Shown here piece by piece: positions 9,789 through 19,338 of a DNA stretch of 64,000 nucleotides. The notes beneath the pieces are model-generated. The model saw only the letters and a list, made by a program, of their open reading frames with translations. It had not been told where the DNA came from and made no database searches. The translations under genes and the position numbers were made by a program. Source of the DNA: Patescibacteria group bacterium. Its GTDB lineage: Bacteria > Patescibacteriota > Minisyncoccia > UBA6257 > 2-01-FULL-56-20. The DNA lies in contig JAGWKM010000003.1 in NCBI GenBank assembly GCA_028865305.1, positions 4,820 to 68,819 of the forward strand, in the 5' to 3' direction. The stretch's first letter is position 1; each line of letters starts with the position of its first letter.

Positions 9789-10859
9789 TTATTCCGGCGC
9801 CAGATAATCCGGCCCGTACGTGGCTACGCTGGAACTGCCCGCTCTTGCTTCCATTTCATAGTAATACGGCATATTGACGGCGCTGTCGACAACCTGCAGC
9901 GAATAACGGGTGGTGGGCAGGTTCTTTTCGGTCAAAAACGGTTGCCAGGGGCCGCCGGGGTTTGGCGAGCGCATGATGATCAACGTATCAATCTGCGGCG
10001 GGAGGTTTTGCCAGCCGATTTCGATGCCCTGATACGCGTGCTGGACCCAGAAGATCGGCGAGCCGCTGGCGGCATAGGCAACGATTTGCACCTGCGGATT
10101 GTAGTAAGGCGTTCCGGAAGGGGAGGATGTTATTGGATATTGGCTATTAGTTGGCGAAGAACTGGGATTCTGGTCATCCGATGGGGGAGTCGGGTTCGGG
10201 GAGAAGTTGTTATTATTTTGGTTCGATGATGTCGTTTGCTGGTTGCTGGTTGCTGGTTGCTGGTTGCTGGTTGCTGGTCCGGGCGGCATTCCGGTGGTCG
10301 AGGTTGTCACGGCGGGCGTGATGAAGCCCGAAGTCCAAAGCGTTTGCTGGTCGCCGGTCGCCGACAGCTGGTTTCCCGCAAACTCAAGCGTCGTCGTCGC
10401 GCCAATCGGCAATTTCCCGACCTGTTGCGCCGAAATGGCCGTGACGGCGTAAACCGAACAGCGCTCATACCATTTGCCGAGCGCGATTTCCCGGTTGCCG
10501 GCCGAAAGTTCTCCGGAGGAAAGCAGGATTTCCCGCCAGAGCGTCCAGGTCGAACTCGTGGTCGGATGCATCAGGGCCGAACAGAAAAGATCGAGCGCGG
10601 CGGTTTCAGCCGGCAGGTTGGCCCATTGCACGATGAGCGAGTTGCCGGTTTTGAGGTGGCGGATGGTGAGCGAAATGGAAGGCGGCGGCGGAGGACCGGG
10701 AGGAGGTTGCTGCTCATTGCCGGCCACCGGCTGCTGGCTGCTTGTTGATCGAAAAAATGCCGATCCGCCGATGGCAAGAAAGAAGACGAGAAGCGCAAGG
10801 CCGAATCCGCCGATGGTGAAAAGGAAAAATTTTCGGGACATTTGTTTTTTATGGCGCAA
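9789..10859 (-). CDS. Membrane-anchored secreted protein with two related domains and a low-complexity linker
   Basis: N-terminal TM; repeated I.W.NLP motif; linker contains a heptamer array. Confidence 0.75.
   Translation of the reverse strand: MRHKKQMSRKFFLFTIGGFGLALLVFFLAIGGSAFFRSTSSQQPVAGNEQQPPPGPPPPPSISLTIRHLKTGNSLIVQWANLPAETAALDLFCSALMHPTTSSTWTLWREILLSSGELSAGNREIALGKWYERCSVYAVTAISAQQVGKLPIGATTTLEFAGNQLSATGDQQTLWTSGFITPAVTTSTTGMPPGPATSNQQPATSNQQTTSSNQNNNNFSPNPTPPSDDQNPSSSPTNSQYPITSSPSGTPYYNPQVQIVAYAASGSPIFWVQHAYQGIEIGWQNLPPQIDTLIIMRSPNPGGPWQPFLTEKNLPTTRYSLQVVDSAVNMPYYYEMEARAGSSSVATYGPDYLAPE
10236..10277. repeat. (TTGCTGG)x6 in-frame heptamer array
   Basis: Six perfect units (42 nt) encoding PATSNQQPATSNQQ; a degenerate triplet lies at 10131-10151. 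Confidence 0.95.
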
Positions 10860-10969
10860 TGGCTAACGACGCAGCGATGACGAGTGAACTCATTGTGTCA
10901 CTGCGCCATTAATTTGATGCTCTCTTCTATTTTACAATATTGCCATGCCGGTATGGTACAATGAACCAT

Positions 10970-11362
10970 ATGGACGACTTACCTCCGCTGATTTTGGTGG
11001 TGGACGACGAAGAGAACTTCCGTGAAATTTTCCGGACCAAGCTTACTGCGGCGGGCTTTCGCGTTGAGACAGCCGTGAACGGCGCGGAAGGGGTCCAGAA
11101 AGCGAAACAATTGAAGCCGAAACTGGTGCTTATGGACGTAAAGATGCCCGTGATGGATGGCGCGGCCGCAGCGCTTGCCTTGCGCGAGGATCCCGAAACA
11201 AGGAATGTCAAAGTGGCTTTTTTGACGAGCTTGGGCGACCCGCGGGCGGATATGCGGCCGGTTGATGACGCGTTTTCGAAGGATTTCGGCGCCGATCAGT
11301 ATCTCAAAAAGACCGATGACCTGGATATGCTCGCGGGCAAAGTGAAGGCATTGCTAGGATGA
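10970..11362 (+). CDS. Single-domain response regulator (CheY-like)
   Basis: ILVVDDEE, LVLMDVKMPVMDG, FLTS, YLKK; TGgTACAAT 7 nt upstream. Confidence 0.9.
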   Translation: MDDLPPLILVVDDEENFREIFRTKLTAAGFRVETAVNGAEGVQKAKQLKPKLVLMDVKMPVMDGAAAALALREDPETRNVKVAFLTSLGDPRADMRPVDDAFSKDFGADQYLKKTDDLDMLAGKVKALLG

Positions 11363-11457
11363 ACCCTGATAGCCGGTAATAATTTCTGAGTCGTATATAA
11401 TAAATAGGCCTTTGCCGTCCCGGGCGCGATCGCGGGATCCGGAGGTTTTAATTTGAA

Positions 11458-13875
11458 ATGCCGAATTCCGAACACCAAAACGATTCCGCCATTCCCACTA
11501 TCCTCGTTGTCCTTGGCGCCACGGGCGACCTGATGGCGAAAAAAATCGTCCCGGCGGTCTTTAATTTGCATGCCAAGAAGGAATTGCCGCCGAAGTTCGA
11601 ATTTGTCGGCGTTTCGCGGCGCGACTGGACGGATGAGGACTTCAGGAAACATGTCCGGGGGATTTTGGATGCGAAAGGCCTGGCATCCGATGTCCGGCGG
11701 ACGCCGGACATCGGATCATTTTTGGACTTGACCTGCTATCATCGGTTGGCTTTCGGCCAACTTGCCGATTATGCGGCGCTCAAGGAAAAACTGGAAAAAA
11801 TCGACGCGCGCTGGGGCGTTTGCACGAACAAGCTTTTTTATCTTTCCGTGCCGCCGCAATTCTACGATGAGATTTTCGAGAATCTGCATCGGAGCCATCT
11901 GACGGACCCGTGTTCGCCGGAAGAAGGGTGGACGCGCGTGATCGTCGAAAAACCGTTCGGCAGCGATGAAAAAACCGCGAAGCAGCTCGATGCCAAGCTC
12001 GCAAAGCTTTTTAAGGAAGAGCAAATTTACCGCATCGACCATTATTTGGCCAAGGAAATGCTGCAGAACATTTTGGCGTTCCGGTTTGAAAATAATCTTT
12101 TTGAAAATGAATGGAATGCGGAATTCATCGAACGCATCAATATCCGGATGTACGAGACAATTGGCGTGGAGGATCGCGGAGCGTTTTACGACGGCGTTGG
12201 CGCCCTGCGGGATGTCGGGCAAAACCATCTGTTGCAGATGCTTGCGCTCGTAACCATGGAGCGGCCTCTCCTTCATCAAGGCCGCGGAGAGCAAGCCGCT
12301 GGATTTGGCGCCGAAGCAGTGCGGGCGGCCCGTGCCGATATTTTGGAGCGGCTTGAAATTCCGACGCTGAAGCAGGCCGCCGACCGGTCGTTCCGGGCGC
12401 AGTATGACGGCTTTCAGCTGATTAAAGGTGTCGCTCCGGATTCCCAAACCGAAACCTATTTTAAGATCCTCGGTTTTCTGGACCATCCGCGCTGGGCCGG
12501 CGTGCCGATCTATATGGAAAGCGGCAAGCGGTTGCGGGAGGACGTGAATGAGATCGAAATCCTGCTTGGAGGCGGAAAAAATAAAGTGATTATCCAGATT
12601 GAACCGACGGAAAGCATCACGGTGGTTTTTTGTTCAAAAAAGCCGGGGCACGGATTCGAAACGGAAGAGCGCCGGCTGACATTTGATTTTCGCGAGGGTA
12701 AACCGCGGCCGCAATATACGGAAGAATACGAAAAGCTGATTCTGGATTGCATCGCCGGCGACCAGACGCTCTTCGTGTCGAGCCGCGAAATTGCCGCCAT
12801 GTGGAGGTTTACGGATCCGTTCAGCAAGGCGTGGAACAGGGAACAAGAGACGGGGAAAAGGGAAGTTACAGCCCTAAACCATTATCGACCCAATTCTGAT
12901 GAAATAATCATAAAAGCAGAAGAAAAGTTGAATTCCCTGTCCCTTGTCTCATGTTCCCTGTCTCTCGCCCTCATCGGCCTCGGCAAGATGGGCGCGAATC
13001 TTGCGCGGAACTTGCGCGAGCACGGCTGGCATGTCGTCGTATATAACCGCACCCCGGAGAAAACCGCAGAATTGGAAAAAGAAGGTTTCGAAGGCGCGCG
13101 GAGTCTGGAGGAGTTGGTCCGAAAGGTATCCCATTCTCCATTCTCCATTCCCCATTCTCCTCGGATGTTTTGGCTCATGGTGACCGCCGGCAAACCTGTC
13201 GACGACCTATTATCCAATCTCATGCCGTTGCTCAAGAGAGGCGATATCGTGATCGACGGCGGGAATTCGTTCTTTGAAGATTCCATGCGCCGCGCGAAAC
13301 TGCTCGAGAAAAAGGGCATAAAATTCCTTGATGCCGGCGTTTCCGGCGGGCCATCGGGTGCACGGAACGGCGCCTGCATGATGATCGGCGGCGACCGCGA
13401 GGCATTCGGAAAATTAGAGCCGCTCTTCCGCGACGGCTCGGTTCCGGGCGGCTATGCCTATTTCGGCAATGCTGGCGCGGGCCATTTCGTTAAAATGGTC
13501 CACAACGGCATCGAATATGGCATGATGCAGTCAATCGCGGAAGGGTTCGCGCTCATGAAGAAATCTCCGTTCAAATTGGACCTTGCACAGGTTGCGCGCA
13601 TTTATCAACATCAAAGCGTCATTGAATCGCGCCTCGTTGGCTGGCTCGAGAGCGGGTTCAAGGAGTTCGGTCAGGACTTGAAAAAAGTCTCCGGCACGGT
13701 GAATGCGACCGGCGAAGGCGAGTGGACCATAAAAACCGGCAAAAAATGGGGAATGAAACTCGCCGTGATCGAGGACGCTTTCAAATTTCGCATGAAATCA
13801 AAAAAGTCGCCGAGTTATATCGGTAAGATTTTATCGGCGTTAAGGAACCAGTTCGGCGGCCACTCCATAAAATAA
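11458..13875 (+). CDS. zwf: Fused glucose-6-phosphate dehydrogenase and short-type 6-phosphogluconate dehydrogenase
   Basis: GATGDL, EKPFG, YRIDHYLAKE, RDVGQNHLLQ; then IGLGKMG, IDGGNS, DAGVSGG, KMVHNGIEYG, ALRNQFGGH in one ORF. Confidence 0.93.
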   Translation: MPNSEHQNDSAIPTILVVLGATGDLMAKKIVPAVFNLHAKKELPPKFEFVGVSRRDWTDEDFRKHVRGILDAKGLASDVRRTPDIGSFLDLTCYHRLAFGQLADYAALKEKLEKIDARWGVCTNKLFYLSVPPQFYDEIFENLHRSHLTDPCSPEEGWTRVIVEKPFGSDEKTAKQLDAKLAKLFKEEQIYRIDHYLAKEMLQNILAFRFENNLFENEWNAEFIERINIRMYETIGVEDRGAFYDGVGALRDVGQNHLLQMLALVTMERPLLHQGRGEQAAGFGAEAVRAARADILERLEIPTLKQAADRSFRAQYDGFQLIKGVAPDSQTETYFKILGFLDHPRWAGVPIYMESGKRLREDVNEIEILLGGGKNKVIIQIEPTESITVVFCSKKPGHGFETEERRLTFDFREGKPRPQYTEEYEKLILDCIAGDQTLFVSSREIAAMWRFTDPFSKAWNREQETGKREVTALNHYRPNSDEIIIKAEEKLNSLSLVSCSLSLALIGLGKMGANLARNLREHGWHVVVYNRTPEKTAELEKEGFEGARSLEELVRKVSHSPFSIPHSPRMFWLMVTAGKPVDDLLSNLMPLLKRGDIVIDGGNSFFEDSMRRAKLLEKKGIKFLDAGVSGGPSGARNGACMMIGGDREAFGKLEPLFRDGSVPGGYAYFGNAGAGHFVKMVHNGIEYGMMQSIAEGFALMKKSPFKLDLAQVARIYQHQSVIESRLVGWLESGFKEFGQDLKKVSGTVNATGEGEWTIKTGKKWGMKLAVIEDAFKFRMKSKKSPSYIGKILSALRNQFGGHSIK

Positions 13876-13912
13876 AAAGGCGCCGCGGAGATGCGGCGCA
13901 GAGAAGCCGGGA

Positions 13913-14161
13913 TTAATCATCGGGCTCGGGGTCGTATGCTGTCTTGATCAGGTTCCAGTCCTGGGGAACCTGGCCAGCATTGGCCATGGCAGCCCTGCAG
14001 TTCGGGCAGTCGGGCGGAGTCGCTTCGGTCGGTTCGCGCATCAAAAAGATATGGCGCCGGCAGGAACTGCAATTCACCATGACCATGCCGACGGTGCTTT
14101 CGTATCCTTGCGCTACCCACACGGCTGCAGTAGGCGGCGGCCCTGCGAATTCAGTGATCAT
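13913..14161 (-). CDS. Small Zn-ribbon-like protein
   Basis: CSSC...CPNC; GGGAG upstream. Confidence 0.55.
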   Translation of the reverse strand: MITEFAGPPPTAAVWVAQGYESTVGMVMVNCSSCRRHIFLMREPTEATPPDCPNCRAAMANAGQVPQDWNLIKTAYDPEPDD

Positions 14162-14209
14162 ATTGTAAAGCTCCCGAGGGAATTGTAATCTTGGTAATAC
14201 CAGAGGTCA

Positions 14210-15634
14210 ATGGAACATAGGCATAAAAAAATCGCAATCCTCGGTTTCGGCAAAGAAGGATATTCGGCGCTCCGGTTTTTGCGGCGCGAACCGCGGTACC
14301 GGCATTCTGATATTTGGATCCTTGATAAGAATGAAAATATAAAGCTGCCCCGCGGCGTTTTTTCACAGCTCGGAGAACATTATCGGGAAGGCCTGGATCG
14401 CTTCGACCTCGTCATCCGTTCGCCGGGGATCTGTTATAAAGCATCAAACGCGACCAGTCCGACCAGAATCTTTTTCGAACATTGCCCGGCGCCGATCATC
14501 GGCGTGACGGGGACGAAGGGAAAGGGAACGACGTCAACGTTGATATATAAGATTCTGAGGGAATGGAGAATGGAGAATGGAGAATGGAATAAAGTTTTTC
14601 TCGTGGGGAATATCGGGAAACCGGCACTGGATATCCTGCCGAAATTGGATAAGAAATCAATTGTTGTCTATGAAATGTCGAGCTTCCAATTGGTCGACTT
14701 GAGACAGAGCCCGCATATCGCGGTGGCGCTCATGATCACTTCGGAACACCTTGATTGGCATAAGAACGTCAAAGAATATCGCGACGCGAAATCGAATATC
14801 GTGAGATACCAGCAAGCAAAAGATTTCGCAGTGTTGGCGCAGGATTATCCAGCAAGCCGGGCTTTCGCAAAATTGACTAAGACAAGCATTTTTTCATTCA
14901 CCCGAAGCGCTGCGCTAAAAAAGGATTATATCCGACGATCGTCCAATCTAATCCTTCGGGGCGCATGGGTTGAGGACGGCTGGTTCTACTTTTCGGATGG
15001 AAAAAAGAAGGAGAAAATTTGCGCGACGGCGGATCTGCAGATACCCGGCGAGCACAACTGGGAAAACGTCGGCGCGGCAATCACGGTGGCGAAGATTCTA
15101 AAAGTGCCGAACGGGGTCATTGCGGAAACGATCCGCAGGTTCAAAGGATTAGAGCACCGGCTCGAATTTGTCGCAAAAAAAGACGGAATCCGCTTCTACA
15201 ATGATTCATATTCCACGACGCCGGAAACGGCGATTGCCGCAATCAGAGCATTCAAGGAACCGAAAATCCTGATCCTCGGCGGTTCATCAAAGGGCAGTGA
15301 TTTCAGGGAATTGGGAGAGGTCATTTCGAAATCGGGCAGCATCCGGGGAATCATCGGGATCGGTGTCGAATGGAAAAGGATAAAGGAGGCAATTCCGACG
15401 CGAAGGCGGAAGGCCATTTCCGCAGATAGAATTTCGTCGCAGGCCGCCGGCCATGAATCAGCGATCCCGGTCGTCGAGAACTGCAAAACCATGAATCAGA
15501 TCGTCCGGGCCGCAAGAAAGCTCGCAAAACCGGGCGATGTAGTCCTCTTGTCGCCGGGTTGCGCCTCGTTCGGAATGTTTAAGAATTACAGCGACCGCGG
15601 CGTGCAGTTCAAGCGAGAGGTGAATGGTGTATAA
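14210..15634 (+). CDS. murD: UDP-N-acetylmuramoyl-L-alanine:D-glutamate ligase
   Basis: GVTGTKGKGTT, GNIG, EMSSFQL, HLDWH, EHRLE, NDSYST, LLSPGCASF. Confidence 0.95.
   Translation: MEHRHKKIAILGFGKEGYSALRFLRREPRYRHSDIWILDKNENIKLPRGVFSQLGEHYREGLDRFDLVIRSPGICYKASNATSPTRIFFEHCPAPIIGVTGTKGKGTTSTLIYKILREWRMENGEWNKVFLVGNIGKPALDILPKLDKKSIVVYEMSSFQLVDLRQSPHIAVALMITSEHLDWHKNVKEYRDAKSNIVRYQQAKDFAVLAQDYPASRAFAKLTKTSIFSFTRSAALKKDYIRRSSNLILRGAWVEDGWFYFSDGKKKEKICATADLQIPGEHNWENVGAAITVAKILKVPNGVIAETIRRFKGLEHRLEFVAKKDGIRFYNDSYSTTPETAIAAIRAFKEPKILILGGSSKGSDFRELGEVISKSGSIRGIIGIGVEWKRIKEAIPTRRRKAISADRISSQAAGHESAIPVVENCKTMNQIVRAARKLAKPGDVVLLSPGCASFGMFKNYSDRGVQFKREVNGV
14921..14956. repeat. 36-bp palindromic element in frame within murD
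   Basis: AAGGATTATATCCGACGATCGTCCAATCTAATCCTT; same family as 34852-34887 and 57573-57618. Confidence 0.85.
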
Positions 15635-15641
15635 TGAGAAA

Positions 15642-15710
15642 AATGGAAAATGTATAATGGAGAATGTGTAATGGGTTGACCCATTCTACATTCTTCGTTA
15701 TACATTCTAC
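15642..15710. repeat. Empty heptamer-armed hairpin element (murD-gap)
   Basis: AATGGAA AATGTAT AATGGAG AATGTGT AAT-GGGTTGACCC-ATTCTAC ATTCTTC GTTATAC ATTCTAC. Confidence 0.85.
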
Positions 15711-15721
15711 TTGATTATCAA

Positions 15722-16765
15722 ATGGCTAAAACACGCATTGCAATCAACGGTTTTGGGCGGATCGGGCGGCTCTTTTTCCGGGCGGCGTTTGGATTGGAAA
15801 ATGTCGAGATTGTGGCCATCAATGACCTTGGCGACGTGGAAAATTTGGCCTATCTTCTGAAGTACGATACGGTGTACGGCCGGTATGGCAAGGCGGTGAT
15901 GGCTAAACCGGCGGCGGGCGGGGAACCGGGAACCCTGGAAGTGCAGGGAGCGCAGATAAAATTTTTACAGATAAAAGATCCGACCCAGTTGCCGTGGAAG
16001 GACCTCGCGATCGACATCGTGGTAGAATCGACCGGTTTGTTTGATTCCTATGAAAAATCAAAAGTGCATCTCGAAGCGGGCGCGAAGCGGGTCGTGATCA
16101 CGGCGCCGGCGAAGGATGCTGACGGTGATATGGGTAAAACGGTTTTGATCGGCGTGAATGAGGACCAGTTCAAGACCTGCCCGATCACCTCAAACGGTTC
16201 CTGCACAACGAACTCGGCCTCGCCCGTAATCCAGGTGCTTTCCGAAAATCCGGGTATCGTGAAGGCGACGCTTTCAACCGTGCATGCCTACACCGCGACG
16301 CAAAGTTTGGTGGACGGCCCGATCCGCGGCGGCCATGATTTCCGCAAGGGCCGCGCGGCGGCGCATAACACGGTGCCTGAAACGACGGGTGCCGCGATTT
16401 CCGTCGCTCGCGCGATCCCCGAACTGAAGGACAAGTTCGACGGCGTGTCGTTCCGCGTGCCGAACATCACCGGCTCGATTTCGGACATCACCTTTATTGC
16501 CAAGAGGCCGACGAGTGTCGAGGAGATCAACCAGATTCTGACCGATGCGGCAAATTCCGAGCGCTGGCAGGGGATCCTGAAAGTGACGACCGACCAGCTC
16601 GTCTCATCCGACATTATCGGCGAACCCTACGGCGCCATCGTACCGCTCGACCTTACGAAAGTCATCGATGGGGATCTCGTAAAAGTGTTAAGCTGGTACG
16701 ACAACGAGAGCGGGTACGTGAGCACATTGGTGAAACACATACAGAAGGTGGTCGAAGTACTTTGA
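15722..16765 (+). CDS. gap: Type I glyceraldehyde-3-phosphate dehydrogenase
   Basis: INGFGRIGR, SNGSCTTN, TVHAYTATQ, SWYDNE. Confidence 0.96.
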   Translation: MAKTRIAINGFGRIGRLFFRAAFGLENVEIVAINDLGDVENLAYLLKYDTVYGRYGKAVMAKPAAGGEPGTLEVQGAQIKFLQIKDPTQLPWKDLAIDIVVESTGLFDSYEKSKVHLEAGAKRVVITAPAKDADGDMGKTVLIGVNEDQFKTCPITSNGSCTTNSASPVIQVLSENPGIVKATLSTVHAYTATQSLVDGPIRGGHDFRKGRAAAHNTVPETTGAAISVARAIPELKDKFDGVSFRVPNITGSISDITFIAKRPTSVEEINQILTDAANSERWQGILKVTTDQLVSSDIIGEPYGAIVPLDLTKVIDGDLVKVLSWYDNESGYVSTLVKHIQKVVEVL

Positions 16766-17000
16766 GGATATTTGAAATCAAAATACCATAATCCCGCAAA
16801 TCAGCCGCAACCCGGAGGGCTCTGGCCAAATGCGGCAATAGCTGCGTTCCAAGGAATCCGCAGTGCGCCCAGCACAGCGGATTTCTTGTGTCTTGTTCTT
16901 GCCGCATTTGACCGAGAGCGCGAGCGGAAGATTTTCGAGATGGGGGTCTGCTTTGCCGCCTGGATTCAAGTATGCCGGGGTGGAATAGAAAAGTCCGGTA

Positions 17001-17522
17001 TCAATTGTCCCTTGCCCATTTCTTTGCTCTTTCCGCAAGTGCATCAAGAAACTCGTGTTTCCCATGACTGTAGGATCGATAATCGTTCGGATATTTATTC
17101 AATAGTTTCTGCTTGAGCGCCTCGTATGCCTTAACTGTTTCAGGATGCGCGCGGAGGTAGTCGCGGATATTAAGAATACGCGGCACATGTTCATGGTTCT
17201 TTTTAAAGAAATGGATGTTATAGAGCTTAGTTTCTCCTCTAAATTTTTCGAGCAAGCGGCTATTCGGTTTTACATAATTCGAGCGGAATACATAACCCAG
17301 CTTTTCAAATTTCGTTTTAGCACGGTCAAGTGCATGAAATTCTTTGACGATAACAAGCATATCCACGATCGGCTTTGCACTCATGCCTTTTACCGATGTG
17401 CTGCCGACATGATGGATTTCCAGAGCCGCTTTGCCTAAAACTCGCTTAATTAATTTCTCTTGTATACGAAAACGCCGCTGCCAATTTGCGGTGTATTTTT
17501 CTACGGAGTAATTTCTTGTCAT
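17001..17522 (-). CDS. GrpB/UPF0157 nucleotidyltransferase-like protein
   Basis: IHHVGSTSVKGMSAKPIVDM, RDYLRAHP, Y..LK..L; AT-rich. Confidence 0.85.
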   Translation of the reverse strand: MTRNYSVEKYTANWQRRFRIQEKLIKRVLGKAALEIHHVGSTSVKGMSAKPIVDMLVIVKEFHALDRAKTKFEKLGYVFRSNYVKPNSRLLEKFRGETKLYNIHFFKKNHEHVPRILNIRDYLRAHPETVKAYEALKQKLLNKYPNDYRSYSHGKHEFLDALAERAKKWARDN

Positions 17523-18025
17523 GACTTAAATATTGGAATCTTTAATTCTTTCGCTTCTTTCTTTAAAAATTCTTGGATAATCCTGGTGTTTTGGAATTGC
17601 ATTTTATGAAAGGCATCTTTTTTGCGGTGAATAAAAAATTGGCGTTTGTGCTCTTGTATTGGCGGTGCAAGAAAAATTAGTTTGCTGGTTTTAATAAACC
17701 TTTTAGGATCAAGAAAGGCTGCTTCAAGTACAAATCCCTTTTTATGTTTCTTTATCTGCTTGGCAATGGTCGGATCGAGCGCCTTCCGCACATTTAAGAG
17801 CCCCGTGATGATATTTTTTTTCGTTCGTCTGCCAATTGCCTGATACGCTTCCGTGGTCGCCAAAAAATAAAAAGGGTGCTTCGGCAATATCTTGCCTTTT
17901 TGAGCGATGCTTCTGAAAGCATCCGCTTCAATGTGCGGTAATCTCAATTGCTTGGCGAGCTTGCGTGCCAACGCCGTTTTACCTGATCCGGGAACGCCAT
18001 AAACGATAATTCTCCTTTCTCTCAT
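17519..18025 (-). CDS. P-loop nucleotide-kinase-like protein
   Basis: GVPGSGKT Walker A; ATGA overlap with the GrpB gene. Confidence 0.75.
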   Translation of the reverse strand: MRERRIIVYGVPGSGKTALARKLAKQLRLPHIEADAFRSIAQKGKILPKHPFYFLATTEAYQAIGRRTKKNIITGLLNVRKALDPTIAKQIKKHKKGFVLEAAFLDPKRFIKTSKLIFLAPPIQEHKRQFFIHRKKDAFHKMQFQNTRIIQEFLKKEAKELKIPIFKS

Positions 18026-18122
18026 TTCCGTTATTTTACCAAAGTTTTCTTCTAAATCTGAATTCGCAATAGCTTGTGAACTCGGATTTGGAGCGGGCGA
18101 CTTTCGTCGCCCGCCATTACTG

Positions 18123-18272
18123 TTAGAGTGTGAGTTCCATCGGAATTCCTTTGATTACTACGGTGCCCCTGCCCCTGCAGTCGCAGCATTGTCCTGGCTG
18201 GATGGGAACGCCGTCAACCACATACAGAATGCCAGTGCCGTTGCACCTGAAGCAGGTTACCCGTCGCGACAT
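18123..18272 (-). CDS. Small DnaJ-type zinc-finger-like protein (49 aa)
   Basis: MSRRVTCFRCNGTG...CCDCRGRG; GAGG upstream; hairpin follows at about 18092-18113. Confidence 0.5.
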   Translation of the reverse strand: MSRRVTCFRCNGTGILYVVDGVPIQPGQCCDCRGRGTVVIKGIPMELTL

Positions 18273-18337
18273 TGGAAAACCTCGGATCAGCTGGATGGGC
18301 TTCGGTCTTCTTTTTCCTCTCATCGAGTTTGCCCTTC

Positions 18338-18655
18338 CTAGAACGAAACTTGGGCGAAGCCCTTGCGGGTATGAGCTGAATAGTTGATCTCGATCGGCAC
18401 CTGCTCGAGGAGCACCTGATGCGGGCGAGGCTGTACGATTTTGCAAACCCCTCTGATGGAATACGCGCCACCTTCTTCGGCGCGGTAACGACCGATATTC
18501 GTTACGGCAACGAGAAGATGAGCCTCTTTCCCATTCCATTGGGTGGTAAAGCGCGGTCGTGGCGCTTCGCCGGGATAGTCCTCGTCGTGAAACAGGGATT
18601 CGGCTAGCAACCATCGGTCGGGGCCTTTTGTAATCTCTAAACGTTCGATCTGCAT
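18338..18655 (-). CDS. Hypothetical protein
   Basis: AGGAG SD before ATG 18655; globular-looking 105 aa. Confidence 0.6.
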   Translation of the reverse strand: MQIERLEITKGPDRWLLAESLFHDEDYPGEAPRPRFTTQWNGKEAHLLVAVTNIGRYRAEEGGAYSIRGVCKIVQPRPHQVLLEQVPIEINYSAHTRKGFAQVSF

Positions 18656-18868
18656 ATACTCTCCTAAAGTTTCCATTTGAGGCTGGAAACCATGGCCTTT
18701 TACCTATCCTCTTCGGTAGGCAACCCGCCTATACGGGCGGGAATTTCAAGGTTCTAGGCCTATTTTACCATGCCCTTGACAAATGTCAAGCTACTATGCT
18801 AGAATATGGACAGCTAAATCCTGAACCCGTATGGGCAGGTTCCCGCAAGGGATTTCAAAAGAAAGGAG

Positions 18869-19060
18869 ATGCGGGCAAGTGTATTCGCCGACACCAAAGG
18901 CGGAACCGAGTTCGGCCTCTGCAAGCTCGAAAATCGGCGGATGCTGACTGAAAATCAGATGCGCAAGGTAGCCGCCGATCACAAGTTCCGGTTCCTCGAG
19001 AGCGGCATCTTGTCCGTTCGCGACGGCCGAAGCGAAAGTTACATGATCGGCTGCTGCTGA
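18869..19060 (+). CDS. Small hypothetical protein
   Basis: 63-aa ORF downstream of promoter TTGACA...TGCTAGAAT; AAGGAG abuts the ATG. Confidence 0.45.
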   Translation: MRASVFADTKGGTEFGLCKLENRRMLTENQMRKVAADHKFRFLESGILSVRDGRSESYMIGCC

Positions 19061-19085
19061 TCGCGGGAGCGACCACTCGCTCCCT

Positions 19086-19199
19086 ATGTATATATTCCTG
19101 ATCACGATCGAACTAGCCGCCGCAGTCGCATTCGGATATGTCTTTGGCTTGGCCATATGCATATGGCTGGACCACAGGCAATCCAAACGAAACCAGTAA
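19086..19199 (+). CDS. 37-aa single-TM peptide (absent from the ORF track)
   Basis: MYIFLITIELAAAVAFGYVFGLAICIWLDHRQSKRNQ*. Confidence 0.5.
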   Translation: MYIFLITIELAAAVAFGYVFGLAICIWLDHRQSKRNQ

Positions 19200-19338
19200 G
19201 CGCAACAAGGGTTGAGGCCCCGACAAAAGACCTCCCGCAACTTCGGTTGCGGCTTCCACCAGAGGAGATAATCGAATCTTTTGCGGTGGGAGCTTGCACA
19301 GTCCCAAAATTCAACAGCACCTTAAAGGAGAAGAAATC

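Noticed and set aside
16772..17065. ORFs between gap and the GrpB gene
   Set aside because: Overlap the GrpB gene and have no recognisable features or initiation signals.
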